The notes under the pieces: model-generated
Seen by the model: only the letters and a program-made list of their open reading frames with translations
Databases searched by the model: none
Told to the model about the DNA's origin: nothing
In this document: in pieces, positions 1 to 8,530 of the stretch
Numbering within the stretch: position 1 is the stretch's first letter
How the letters are laid out: every line of letters starts with the position of its first letter
Made by a program: the position numbers and the translations under genes
Assembly (NCBI GenBank): GCA_902475435.1
Contig: CABRZL010000001.1
Location: 19,817-83,816 of the forward strand
From: an uncultured Eubacteriales bacterium
Lineage (GTDB): Bacteria > Bacillota > Clostridia > Oscillospirales > Oscillospiraceae
Direction: 5' to 3'
DNA length: 64,000 nt

Positions 1-4
1 AAGT

Positions 5-715
5 ATGATAAATTTTTATAGCAAAGCATGTTATGGGTTTGAAGATCTGGTGGCATTGGTCCGCGTGCTTCGAGCCCCGGACGGTTGCCCTTGGGACAGC
101 GTTCAAACGCATAACAGTATCCGGCGCAATTTTATTGAAGAAGTCTATGAGACTTGCGAAGCCATTGACACTGAAGATACGGATGGCCTTCGAGAAGAAC
201 TGGGCGATGTATTGCTTCACGTGGTGTTTCATGCCAGCATAGAAGAGGATGCCGGTCATTTCACAATCCACGACGTATGTGATACAGTGGTCAAAAAAAT
301 GATCTCCCGTCATCCCTCATTGTTTGGCGGCGACGCTGACCTTGACTGGGACGAATTAAAGCGCCGGGAAAAAGGACAGACTTCCCTTTCGGAAGAGTTG
401 GATTCCGTTGCAAGGAGCCTACCGGCACTGTGGCGGGCCGAAAAACTTCAGACGAAAGCAGAAAAGTCAGGATATCCTGTCACACCGACATCACGGCAAT
501 CCGCTTCAGGAGTTTCTGAATCACCGGATAAGCTTCGGGCCGTGGGCGACATGTTATTTGACACAGTGTGTCTGGCAAGGAAATTAGGGGTTGATCCGGA
601 GCAGGCCCTGAATCAAAGCTGCGACGCCTTTCTGGCCCAGGTGCGCAGGAATGAAACGGGCCGGGACATTCCAAAAATACAGGCCGACACTTCGGCTCAA
701 TATGTGAAGGAGTAA
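5..715 (+). CDS. mazG: MazG-family nucleoside triphosphate pyrophosphohydrolase
   Basis: 236-aa ORF with MazG signatures (APDGCPWDSVQTHNSIRRNFIEEVYE, ELGDVLLHVVF). The triplet before the ATG is not a stop, so the ORF could continue upstream of the window. Confidence 0.85.
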   Translation: MINFYSKACYGFEDLVALVRVLRAPDGCPWDSVQTHNSIRRNFIEEVYETCEAIDTEDTDGLREELGDVLLHVVFHASIEEDAGHFTIHDVCDTVVKKMISRHPSLFGGDADLDWDELKRREKGQTSLSEELDSVARSLPALWRAEKLQTKAEKSGYPVTPTSRQSASGVSESPDKLRAVGDMLFDTVCLARKLGVDPEQALNQSCDAFLAQVRRNETGRDIPKIQADTSAQYVKE

Positions 716-721
716 TGAAAC

Positions 722-997
722 ATGAACAAAACTGAACTAATCACAACTGTCGCTGAAAAAACTGGCGCCACCAGAAAAGATACCGAACAGATTCTTAGCA
801 CCATTATAGAGGTAATTGGTGATGAGTTGGCTGCCGGCGGCCGTGTCCAGCTGGTTGGCTTTGGTGCTTTTGAAACCAAGCATCGCGAGCCCCGTTTGGG
901 CCGCAACCCCAGAACCCGCGAGGCAGTCGAGATTCCCGCTTCCACTGTTCCCGTCTTTAAGGCCGGTAAAGCCCTGAAGGAAAAGGTGGATAAGTAA
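722..997 (+). CDS. hup: DNA-binding protein HU
   Basis: 91-aa ORF. GFGAFETK...RNPRTREAVEIPAS.VPVFKAGKALK is the HU/IHF signature. AAGGAG sits 9 nt upstream. Confidence 0.95.
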   Translation: MNKTELITTVAEKTGATRKDTEQILSTIIEVIGDELAAGGRVQLVGFGAFETKHREPRLGRNPRTREAVEIPASTVPVFKAGKALKEKVDK

Positions 998-1004
998 AAT
1001 TTTT

Positions 1005-1038
1005 GTCCGGAACAGGCCTCTGTTCCGGACAGTTTTTA
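1005..1038 (+). terminator. Rho-independent terminator after hup
   Basis: GTCCGGAACAG-gcctc-CTGTTCCGGAC followed by a T-run. Confidence 0.7.
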
Positions 1039-1056
1039 TATCATCATGTTGCTACA

Positions 1057-1090
1057 AAAACCCTCTGCGTATTTGCAGAGGGTTTTCTTG
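1057..1090 (-). terminator. Terminator after CoA-transferase B gene
   Basis: AAAACCCTCTGC-gtattt-GCAGAGGGTTTT just below the stop at 1100. A/T runs lie on both sides. Confidence 0.6.
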
Positions 1091-1099
1091 CATTATTTA

Positions 1100-1765
1100 T
1101 TATTCCTTTACCATGCAACCAACGGTCTCAGGAATAATCAGCTTTGCGCCAGTCTTTGAAACCACTTCATCCACAGTGACGCCAGGAGCCGTCTCCAGGA
1201 GCACAGGACCTTCTTCCGTGATCTTAATGACAGCCAGCTCGGACACGACATAGTTGATGCAGTGATAACCGGTCAGAGGCATATTGGTCTTCTGCACAAT
1301 CTTAGGATTGCCCTTTTTATCGCAATGGGTAGTCATAACAATGGTAATTTTGGAGCCAGTCACCAAGTCCATTGCACCGCCCATACCGGCAGCAGTCTTG
1401 CCGGGGATCATCCAGTTGGCAAGGTTGCCCTCTGCATCGACCTCATAAGCACCCAACACGGTGGCATCGATGTGGCCGCCGCGGATAAAACCGAAGGAGC
1501 GGAAGCTATCAAAGCAGGAACCGCCTACCCGGAGCATGGAAGCTTTGCCGCCCGCATCCACAACATTGGGGTCAGCATGCTCACCCTCCTTGGGTGCGCC
1601 GGTAAGACCCACAACGCCATTCTCAGAATCCACCCAAACATCTACACCCTCAGGCAGATAATCCAGGCACTTGGTGGGCATACCAATACCCAAATTGACG
1701 ACATCGCCGTCTTGGAAGAACCGTGCAGTTCTGTAAGCAATCAAATCTTTTCCAGTCAGTTCCAT
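1100..1765 (-). CDS. Class I (3-oxoacid/acetate) CoA-transferase, subunit B
   Basis: 221-aa ORF. NLGIGMPT and the catalytic-Glu motif DSENGVVG are typical of AtoA/CtfB/ScoB. Confidence 0.9.
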   Translation of the reverse strand: MELTGKDLIAYRTARFFQDGDVVNLGIGMPTKCLDYLPEGVDVWVDSENGVVGLTGAPKEGEHADPNVVDAGGKASMLRVGGSCFDSFRSFGFIRGGHIDATVLGAYEVDAEGNLANWMIPGKTAAGMGGAMDLVTGSKITIVMTTHCDKKGNPKIVQKTNMPLTGYHCINYVVSELAVIKITEEGPVLLETAPGVTVDEVVSKTGAKLIIPETVGCMVKE

Positions 1766-1779
1766 CTTGAAGTACCTCC

Positions 1780-2508
1780 TTAAGCCTCAGTCAGGGCGCG
1801 GCCCTGCACAACAGCGTCAACAATAAAGCCAGGGGTCATGATCTGATCGGGATCCAACTCGCCGATTTCAACAATTTCCTCTGCCTCAACAATTACATGA
1901 TCTGCTGCAGTAGCAAACGTTTCGTTGAAGTTACGGGAAGTACGACGATAGACCACGTTGCCCATCTTGTCCGCCTTCCAGGCATGGACAAAGCATACGT
2001 CTGCATGGAGAGGAAGCTCCAAAATATAACGCTTCTTCGTGCTGTCAGGAACAATTTCGCCTTCCAGGAACTTAAACTTTCCAGCTTCTTCGTCCCATTC
2101 CACCACTTGCTTGCCTTCCATCATGGGCGTGTACAGGCCGGTTGGCGTAAGAACGCCGCCGATGCCGGCGCCGCCTGCACGAACCTTCTCACACAGGGAA
2201 CCCTGGGGAACGAAAGTCAGGTTAATCTCGCCATCTACAACTTTTTGAACGGTCTCAGAGTTGTTGCCAATGTGAGAGCAGGTGATCTTCTTGATGGTAT
2301 TGGCACGAACCAACTTGCCGATGCCACGTCCGGGGACACTGGTGTTATTAGAAATTACGCTCAGATCTTTGATTCCTGCAGCGATCAGGCCCTCGATCAG
2401 GACTTCAGAAACACCAACGTTGACGAAACCAGGCAGCAATACGCTCATGCCGTCGAAGCAATAGGTCTTAATAGCTTCTTCTACGGTGGTAACTTTAGAC
2501 TTTGCCAT
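1780..2508 (-). CDS. Class I CoA-transferase, subunit A
   Basis: The AtoD/CtfA/ScoA-like sequence starts at MAKSKVTTVEEAI. The start is trimmed to ATG 2508 (AAGGAA RBS); the upstream 45 codons of the ORF carry no homology signal. Confidence 0.88.
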   Translation of the reverse strand: MAKSKVTTVEEAIKTYCFDGMSVLLPGFVNVGVSEVLIEGLIAAGIKDLSVISNNTSVPGRGIGKLVRANTIKKITCSHIGNNSETVQKVVDGEINLTFVPQGSLCEKVRAGGAGIGGVLTPTGLYTPMMEGKQVVEWDEEAGKFKFLEGEIVPDSTKKRYILELPLHADVCFVHAWKADKMGNVVYRRTSRNFNETFATAADHVIVEAEEIVEIGELDPDQIMTPGFIVDAVVQGRALTEA

Positions 2509-2566
2509 TGGTATCATTCCTTTCAATGTTTTTCGAGTGCAGCGCACCCACACTGTATCACACATT

Positions 2567-2595
2567 ATGATACTGATATTTTTTCGGAATGTCAA
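2567..2595 (-). promoter_or_regulatory. Sigma-A-type promoter for the ctfA/B-like pair, with an overlapping inverted repeat
   Basis: Minus strand reads TTGACA-17 nt-TATCAT. GTATCA-N7-TGATAC (2555-2573) overlaps the -10. Confidence 0.6.
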
Positions 2596-2663
2596 GCATT
2601 TCACAGCCTGTCTATCAATACTTTCCCATTCCGTAAAAAACAATAGTATATCAGGCGATTTTA

Positions 2664-3959
2664 TCAGATAATAATAAACTGTTTTTTTGCATAATTTCGA
2701 AGTTCTTCTCGCACATCCGGATGCGCGATGGAGATAAGCTGTAAAGCCCGTTCTTTCACGCTACGCCCCCGAAGATGCGCAACACCATACTCCGTCACCA
2801 CATAATCCACATAATTCCGAGGAATCGACACTGCGGCCCCAGGCTTCAGCTGCCCGGAAATCTTTGAAATTCCCTTTTTTGTGATAGCCTGAAACGCCAA
2901 AATGCCGCGTCCGCCTTTTGAATGCAACGCACCAAATGCAAAGCAAAACGCTCCTCCGGTACCGGAAAACTGCGTAGGTCCGATGGATTCCGAGCACACC
3001 TGGCCCGTAATATCCATCTCAATAATCGTATTGATGGAAACTAAATTATCATTTTTAGAAATCTCTGCCGGATTGACTGCCACGCGGGTGGGGCACAGCC
3101 GTACCGCCGGATTGGTGGCCAGAGTATTATATAATTCCAAATCTCCGCCGGCAAAGCAGCCGATGTGGAGACCGCGGTTGTAGTTCTTTCTCTCGCCGGT
3201 AATAACACCCTTTCGGATCATCTCCCCCATAATGGAAGTAAACATCTCCGTATGAAGGCCCAGATCCTTTTTGTCCATCAGATGATGTCCAACGGCGTTT
3301 GGCATACTTCCAATCCCCAATTGGATTGTGTCGCCATCACGGACCAGTTCCGCCACATTCTCACCGATTTTCTCCTCTATCTCCGTTGTTTCTGCATCCG
3401 GTACAACCAAAGGCGGATAGTCCACTTCCATCAGCACAGTCACGTCGCGGATGTTGATCCGAAGCCCACCCTTGACGCGCGGCAGCTGCGGATTGACCTC
3501 TAAAATAATGGTATCGCAGGTTTTAATGCAATCGCTTTCCCACATATTGCTAAGGCCTACCTGAAAATAGCCTTTATCGTCCATTGGACTCACAGCCGCC
3601 ACAAACGTATTACGCGGCCGATGTTCTTCCAGGAAAGAGCCATAATCGCAGATATCCACCGGTATAAAGGAGACATTCCGCTGCCGCTGTCCCTCCATCA
3701 GGACACGTCCATACAAAAACGTGGTGAAGCTGATATGCCCATGCATAGCCGGATCTGTCACACACTGAAAATTACCTTCGTGGCCCTTAATGCAGTGGAC
3801 ATCTTTTACATACGGGGCGATTTTGTGTAAGTTTTCCAGAATTGTATTGGGCTGATTTCCGTCCCCAGCAAAGCAGACCCGGGCATAGGAGTGGATGGCC
3901 TTCAGACAGTCATCCAAGGTTCCTTTTTTCTGCTGATATAAACGCTCAAACTCTGTCAT
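2664..3959 (-). CDS. Acetyl-CoA hydrolase/transferase family protein (4-hydroxybutyrate / butyryl-CoA:acetate CoA-transferase-like)
   Basis: 431-aa ORF. Family features seen: IQLGIGSMPNAVG, GLHTEMF, ITGQVCSESIG, VVTEYGVAHLRG. Confidence 0.85.
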   Translation of the reverse strand: MTEFERLYQQKKGTLDDCLKAIHSYARVCFAGDGNQPNTILENLHKIAPYVKDVHCIKGHEGNFQCVTDPAMHGHISFTTFLYGRVLMEGQRQRNVSFIPVDICDYGSFLEEHRPRNTFVAAVSPMDDKGYFQVGLSNMWESDCIKTCDTIILEVNPQLPRVKGGLRINIRDVTVLMEVDYPPLVVPDAETTEIEEKIGENVAELVRDGDTIQLGIGSMPNAVGHHLMDKKDLGLHTEMFTSIMGEMIRKGVITGERKNYNRGLHIGCFAGGDLELYNTLATNPAVRLCPTRVAVNPAEISKNDNLVSINTIIEMDITGQVCSESIGPTQFSGTGGAFCFAFGALHSKGGRGILAFQAITKKGISKISGQLKPGAAVSIPRNYVDYVVTEYGVAHLRGRSVKERALQLISIAHPDVREELRNYAKKQFIII

Positions 3960-3976
3960 GAATGGTCCCCCTCACA

Positions 3977-5260
3977 TCAAATATAGAATTGCTCTCTGGC
4001 ATAACGCCGAAGTTCTTCCCGCACATCTGGATGCGCAATAGCTATGAGCTGCTCTGTACGCTCTTTGACACTGCGTCCTTTCATACGGGCAACACCGTAT
4101 TCTGTCACAATATAATCTACATAGTTTCTGGGAATGGTAACGTTTGCTCCCGGACTCAGCTGTCCACGAATCTTGCTGATTCCTTTTTTTGTCATCGACG
4201 GAAAGCATAATATACTTTTTCCGCCCTTGGAATGAATCGCGCCCAAAGAAAAGCACAGGTTTCCGCTTGATCCGGAAATCTGCCGGGAACCAATGGATTC
4301 CGAACAGATCTGCCCTGTAAGGTCCATCTCTATCAACGTATTGATGGCAACCATATTGTTCATGCCGCTGATAACCGCCGGATCACAAACGTAGCTGGCA
4401 GGGCGAATCGCTATTTTGGAATTATCTGCCAAAATATCATAAAGCCGCTGCTCTCCCCAGGCTGCCGAAGCCACAGCCAATCCAGGATCGATGTTTTTAT
4501 GCTCTCCAGTGATAATCCCCTTTTGAATTAAATCTCCTACGCCGGTGTTAAACCACTCTGTATGAAGCCCCAATTCCCGATGATCCATCAGTCTCTCGGC
4601 AATTGCATTGGACAGCGTACCAGTGCCCAGCTCCAGGCAGTCGCCGTCAGCTACCAAATCCGCAATATAATCTGCGATCACCGCTTCCACCTTCGTAGGC
4701 GGTTCCTCCTTGCATTCCGGCAATGGGTATGTGGCCTCATGAAACGCCGTAACATCGCTGATATGAATGTTTAATCCGCCCTGTATCCGCGGCAGGTTCT
4801 TGTTGACTTCTAAAATAATTTTCGTGCAGGTTTCCAGGCACTCTTTCTCCCACATCAGGTTCAGCCCCACCTGGAAATACCCCTGCTCATCCATGGGGCT
4901 CACCGCAGCAATAAACGTGTTACACGGCTTATGTTCCGAAATAAACCGCGCATAGTCATGCATATCGCAGACAATATGGCTTGTATTTCCGTGCTTCATC
5001 CCCTCGATGAACGCCTCGCCATAGAGCGGAGACCCAGTATTGATATGGCCGTTCATTCCCGGGGCGGTAACAAATTCATAGTCCCCGGACCGAGACTTCA
5101 CACACTCCACATTTTCAACTCTTGGCGCCACTGTGTGAAACTTCAGCATGAAGGCCACAGGCTGATTGCAGCCCCCTGCAAAGCAGATACGATCGCCGGA
5201 TTCAATCAAATCCAGGCATTCTTGCAAACTTGTTTTTTTCTGTTGATACAAGCTGTTCAT
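3977..5260 (-). CDS. Acetyl-CoA hydrolase/transferase family protein, tandem paralogue
   Basis: 427-aa ORF, collinear with 2664-3959 but clearly diverged (LELGTGTLSNAIA, LTGQICSESIG, IVTEYGVARMKG). Confidence 0.85.
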   Translation of the reverse strand: MNSLYQQKKTSLQECLDLIESGDRICFAGGCNQPVAFMLKFHTVAPRVENVECVKSRSGDYEFVTAPGMNGHINTGSPLYGEAFIEGMKHGNTSHIVCDMHDYARFISEHKPCNTFIAAVSPMDEQGYFQVGLNLMWEKECLETCTKIILEVNKNLPRIQGGLNIHISDVTAFHEATYPLPECKEEPPTKVEAVIADYIADLVADGDCLELGTGTLSNAIAERLMDHRELGLHTEWFNTGVGDLIQKGIITGEHKNIDPGLAVASAAWGEQRLYDILADNSKIAIRPASYVCDPAVISGMNNMVAINTLIEMDLTGQICSESIGSRQISGSSGNLCFSLGAIHSKGGKSILCFPSMTKKGISKIRGQLSPGANVTIPRNYVDYIVTEYGVARMKGRSVKERTEQLIAIAHPDVREELRRYAREQFYI

Positions 5261-5288
5261 ATTTGGCCTCCTTTATCTTTACGGAGAA

Positions 5289-5744
5289 TTAAGCTTCCCC
5301 GATTTTTTCAAGTAATTCAAGCATGGTTTTCCGCTCATCTGAAGTCAATGGCTGCATAATTACCTGGTCGGATTCCAGAATTGCGTCATTCAGTTCCTGG
5401 GCGAACTCCTCGCCCCGCTCAGTAGCCCGAAGGATATAGCTTCTGGCATCTTTCGGGTCCAAATTCCGTTCTACATAGCCTTCCCGCTCCAAGAACGAAA
5501 TAATCTTGGAAACCCCGGGATTGGAAAGATAAAGATATTTTTCAATGGCCCGCTGATTGACGGACTCCTTTTTCCCGTACCAGGCAATATAAATTAAACT
5601 CATGGCCTGGTACATGTTTACCCCATGTTTTTTCAAAGCCTCACCATGCGCCCAGGTAACGCGCCACTCCATCTTACGGAGCCGGCTGGTGAGGCTATCC
5701 GGAGCAGCAGTAGCCAGCATCGTTGTCTCAGACGTTTTATTCAC
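5289..5744 (-). CDS. MarR family transcriptional regulator
   Basis: 151-aa ORF with a winged-HTH MarR pattern (NQRAIEKYLYLSNPGVSKIISFLEREGYVER..DPKDARS). GTG start with a GGAGGG RBS. Confidence 0.85.
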   Translation of the reverse strand: MNKTSETTMLATAAPDSLTSRLRKMEWRVTWAHGEALKKHGVNMYQAMSLIYIAWYGKKESVNQRAIEKYLYLSNPGVSKIISFLEREGYVERNLDPKDARSYILRATERGEEFAQELNDAILESDQVIMQPLTSDERKTMLELLEKIGEA

Positions 5745-5764
5745 GATGTCCTTCCCTCCGCAAA

Positions 5765-5784
5765 ATATATAATCTGTTATATAT
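5765..5784. promoter_or_regulatory. Perfect palindrome, candidate MarR operator
   Basis: ATATATAA-tctg-TTATATAT, located between the marR -10 and its RBS. Confidence 0.55.
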
Positions 5785-5788
5785 CTGA

Positions 5789-5817
5789 ATTATAGCATGA
5801 TCATTTCCCATCGTCAA
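5789..5817 (-). promoter_or_regulatory. Sigma-A-type promoter of marR operon
   Basis: Minus strand reads TTGACG-17 nt-TATAAT, with TGc directly upstream of the -10. Confidence 0.7.
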
Positions 5818-5880
5818 GTAAAGCCATGCAGAATATCCCGCGCTTTCGCGCCTGTTTTCCGTACAATTTGACGGATCGCT

Positions 5881-5911
5881 AAAAATAGGGAGGACGCCGA
5901 TGCGTCCTCCC
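5881..5911 (-). terminator. Terminator after surface protein gene
   Basis: GGGAGGACGC-cgat-GCGTCCTCCC followed on the minus strand by TATTTTT. Confidence 0.7.
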
Positions 5912-5922
5912 TGCTTTCATGA

Positions 5923-8208
5923 TTATTCTGAGACGGCCTCAGAAAATGCCAGAATGACTTTGGCAATTTCGCAGCGACGGGTCATATCCGCCGGGGCAAG
6001 CTTGCCGTCCTTACCATCAATGATACCATTCTGAACCGCCCAAGCAAAGGCGTCTTTTGCCCATGTCTCATCTACATCCGGGAATTCATCCAGGGTCTCT
6101 GTAACTTCGTCTGTCAGTACGCCAGCGTACGCAGCATAGCGCCGGAACATCGTCACCATCTCCTGACGGGAAACGCTGCGATCCGGCTGGAACGTTCCGT
6201 CCTCATACCCCGTTACAATTCCCTGGGACGCTGCCCACATGACAGCATCATAATACCAGGCTTCCTGATTCTGTACATCGGAAAAGCTCTTATCCGTAGT
6301 GTATTCAGGATTTCCTTCCATATTGTAGAAAATCTGAGCCAACTGTGCACGGGTTGTCTCTGTCTCAGGAGAGAATTCCTTCTCGCTGATTCCCTGCATA
6401 ATATCCTGCTCTACCACATAGTCGATGGCTTCATGATACCATGCATCCGGATTCAGATCTGTGAAATCTTTGGATGGGCAGACATCCTCATGCGTTTGAA
6501 CAGTTACCGTACACGTTGCTGTCTTGGATCCATCTTCTGTGGTCACGGTAATCGTTGCGGTACCAGCCGACACCGCAGTAATCGTTCCGTTCTCATCCAC
6601 CTTCGCCACCTCAGGCTTATCCGAGGACCAGGACACATTCTGATTCAAAGCGTTTTCCGGAACAATTTGCGCCGTCAACGTCGCTGTTTCATCTACAATC
6701 ATCGTTAATTCTGTCTGGTTCAAGGTTACGCCCGTAACCAAAACAGGTTTCCAAATTTCATACAGCGTAAGGTTCTCCGTGACCGTTGTGCTCATATCCC
6801 AGGTCTTCCATGATCCGTCAGAATAATATTGCCAGCCGGTACGCTCATAACCGGGAATCTCTGCTGCAGCCGGAACTTTATCTTCCGGAATTGCTATTCC
6901 CTTCAAAATATAAACGTTTTTGGTCTGCCAGGCGGTATCCTCTCTGGACGTCACCTGATTGAATGAAATCCGAACGGTCTTCGCCCACTTCAGATACTGC
7001 CCGTCCTGAACCAATGTTGAAGAGGAGCCCTCCTGACTGGTGAACGCTGCTGCATTTGGCTCAACCCCGTCCGCAAACGCAACAACCACACGGCCCTCTC
7101 TTCCATAGACGTCCTGGACTAAAACAGGATTTGTCGGTGTAAATTCACCTGTAACCTGAATATATGGACCGCCATCATACCAATCGTTCAAGAGGACAAG
7201 GCCAGAGATCGTAGGAGATCCGCTTAACTCCAATTTCACAGCTTTGTCTGTATCGGGATTTTCTTCATAAAGATCAGCAATGGCGATTGCGCTTTCTGTT
7301 TCATATTTACCACCTAAATTAAACACATTCCCAGCAATGGTACCGCCGCGGATTACAACAGATGTGTTATCTTCAGGCGTCATTTGTTCCGCATAAATAC
7401 CGCCGCCCTGTCCTGCCTCAGTACCGTTGTCAATCACAGAGCCGCTGATCATGGTGAAGGACGTCTCGATTCCACTATAACCTTCTATGTATATGGCGCC
7501 GCCCCGTTCTCCAGAAATATTGTTCTGAATCACAGTTCCGTCCAGAGTCACTCTACTTGCAAAACAGCTAATCGCACCGCCGCTCAGTACAGCATAGTTG
7601 TCGGATATTTCACCGCCGGTCAGGTTGGCATCACTGTTTTGAAGATACATTCCGCCGCCGCATCCCAGGGCAGAATATGCAAGCGCCTGGTTGTTGGATA
7701 TTTTACCGCCGGTCATATTGACGGTGCTGTTATAAGCTTCAATTGCAGTTCCGTAGTTATTGACCAGATTCGTACCTTCGCCAATCTCCAGCGTTGCACC
7801 GCCAGATACCTGTATCATACCGCCCTGCACGCCTTTTACTTGGCCGCCATCCACAGTCACGTTGGTGAGCGTCAGCTTTTTATCCGAACCGCTCAGCAGG
7901 AAAAGCTTTCCCGTAAAATCTTCTCCACGCCTGAAGGTTACGCCGTTTAACGCTGTCTCACCGGAAATGGTAACCATACCGGTAATATAAATGACGCAGT
8001 TTTCCTGGTCTTTCGCCAACTCCAGCGCCTTGTCCAGGGTTTTCACTGCATTCTCGGCTGTGGTTCCGTCTGCTTCGTCATTGCCGCTTGTTCCATTCAA
8101 ATAGACCGCGGTTTCTGGTATGTCACCCTCATCCGCCGCAAAGGCAGCAGGAATCATAGCCAGCACCATGCACAGAACAAGCACAACAGCCAACATTCGC
8201 TTCTTCAT
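5923..8208 (-). CDS. Secreted cell-surface protein: parallel beta-helix repeats + Big_2 + 3 SLH domains
   Basis: The start is trimmed to MKKRMLAVVLVLCMVLAMIPAAFA (signal peptide, GGAGG RBS). Contains GG(A/M)I-type beta-helix repeats and a Big_2 domain (VTGVTLNQTEL...ATCTVTV). The C terminus has three SLH repeats (FTDL.., FSDV.., FPDV..). Confidence 0.85.
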   Translation of the reverse strand: MKKRMLAVVLVLCMVLAMIPAAFAADEGDIPETAVYLNGTSGNDEADGTTAENAVKTLDKALELAKDQENCVIYITGMVTISGETALNGVTFRRGEDFTGKLFLLSGSDKKLTLTNVTVDGGQVKGVQGGMIQVSGGATLEIGEGTNLVNNYGTAIEAYNSTVNMTGGKISNNQALAYSALGCGGGMYLQNSDANLTGGEISDNYAVLSGGAISCFASRVTLDGTVIQNNISGERGGAIYIEGYSGIETSFTMISGSVIDNGTEAGQGGGIYAEQMTPEDNTSVVIRGGTIAGNVFNLGGKYETESAIAIADLYEENPDTDKAVKLELSGSPTISGLVLLNDWYDGGPYIQVTGEFTPTNPVLVQDVYGREGRVVVAFADGVEPNAAAFTSQEGSSSTLVQDGQYLKWAKTVRISFNQVTSREDTAWQTKNVYILKGIAIPEDKVPAAAEIPGYERTGWQYYSDGSWKTWDMSTTVTENLTLYEIWKPVLVTGVTLNQTELTMIVDETATLTAQIVPENALNQNVSWSSDKPEVAKVDENGTITAVSAGTATITVTTEDGSKTATCTVTVQTHEDVCPSKDFTDLNPDAWYHEAIDYVVEQDIMQGISEKEFSPETETTRAQLAQIFYNMEGNPEYTTDKSFSDVQNQEAWYYDAVMWAASQGIVTGYEDGTFQPDRSVSRQEMVTMFRRYAAYAGVLTDEVTETLDEFPDVDETWAKDAFAWAVQNGIIDGKDGKLAPADMTRRCEIAKVILAFSEAVSE

Positions 8209-8327
8209 GTAGAATCCTCCTTTTTTCTGGTTCTCTGGCGCCGCTTTCCGCCGCTTGAGATTTGACAGAAACCATCTTGTTTTCCCAAGGGAAAACAAGG
8301 CTAGGGCGCCCTAGTGAAGCTTCTTCC

Positions 8328-8356
8328 ATTATACTTCGAATTTAAAATTTGTACAA
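8328..8356 (-). promoter_or_regulatory. Promoter of surface protein gene
   Basis: Minus strand reads TTGTAC-17 nt-TATAAT, giving a 5' UTR of about 110 nt. Confidence 0.55.
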
Positions 8357-8441
8357 TACCTTTTTCTGTTTTTTAACCCTGATCGCAAAACCTTTTTCGG
8401 TATTTTCACCGGAAAAGGCACCAGCTTTTTCGGAAGAATAG

Positions 8442-8470
8442 TTGACGTTTCCCGGATTGTGCCGTATAAT
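8442..8470 (+). promoter_or_regulatory. Promoter of thiolase-ctfAB operon
   Basis: TTGACG-17 nt-TATAAT, 60 nt upstream of the ATG at 8531. Confidence 0.65.
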
Positions 8471-8530
8471 ATTTTCGGCGAATCTGTAAAATTGCTTAAT
8501 TTTGGGCAAATCTATATGGAGGTTATTTAC

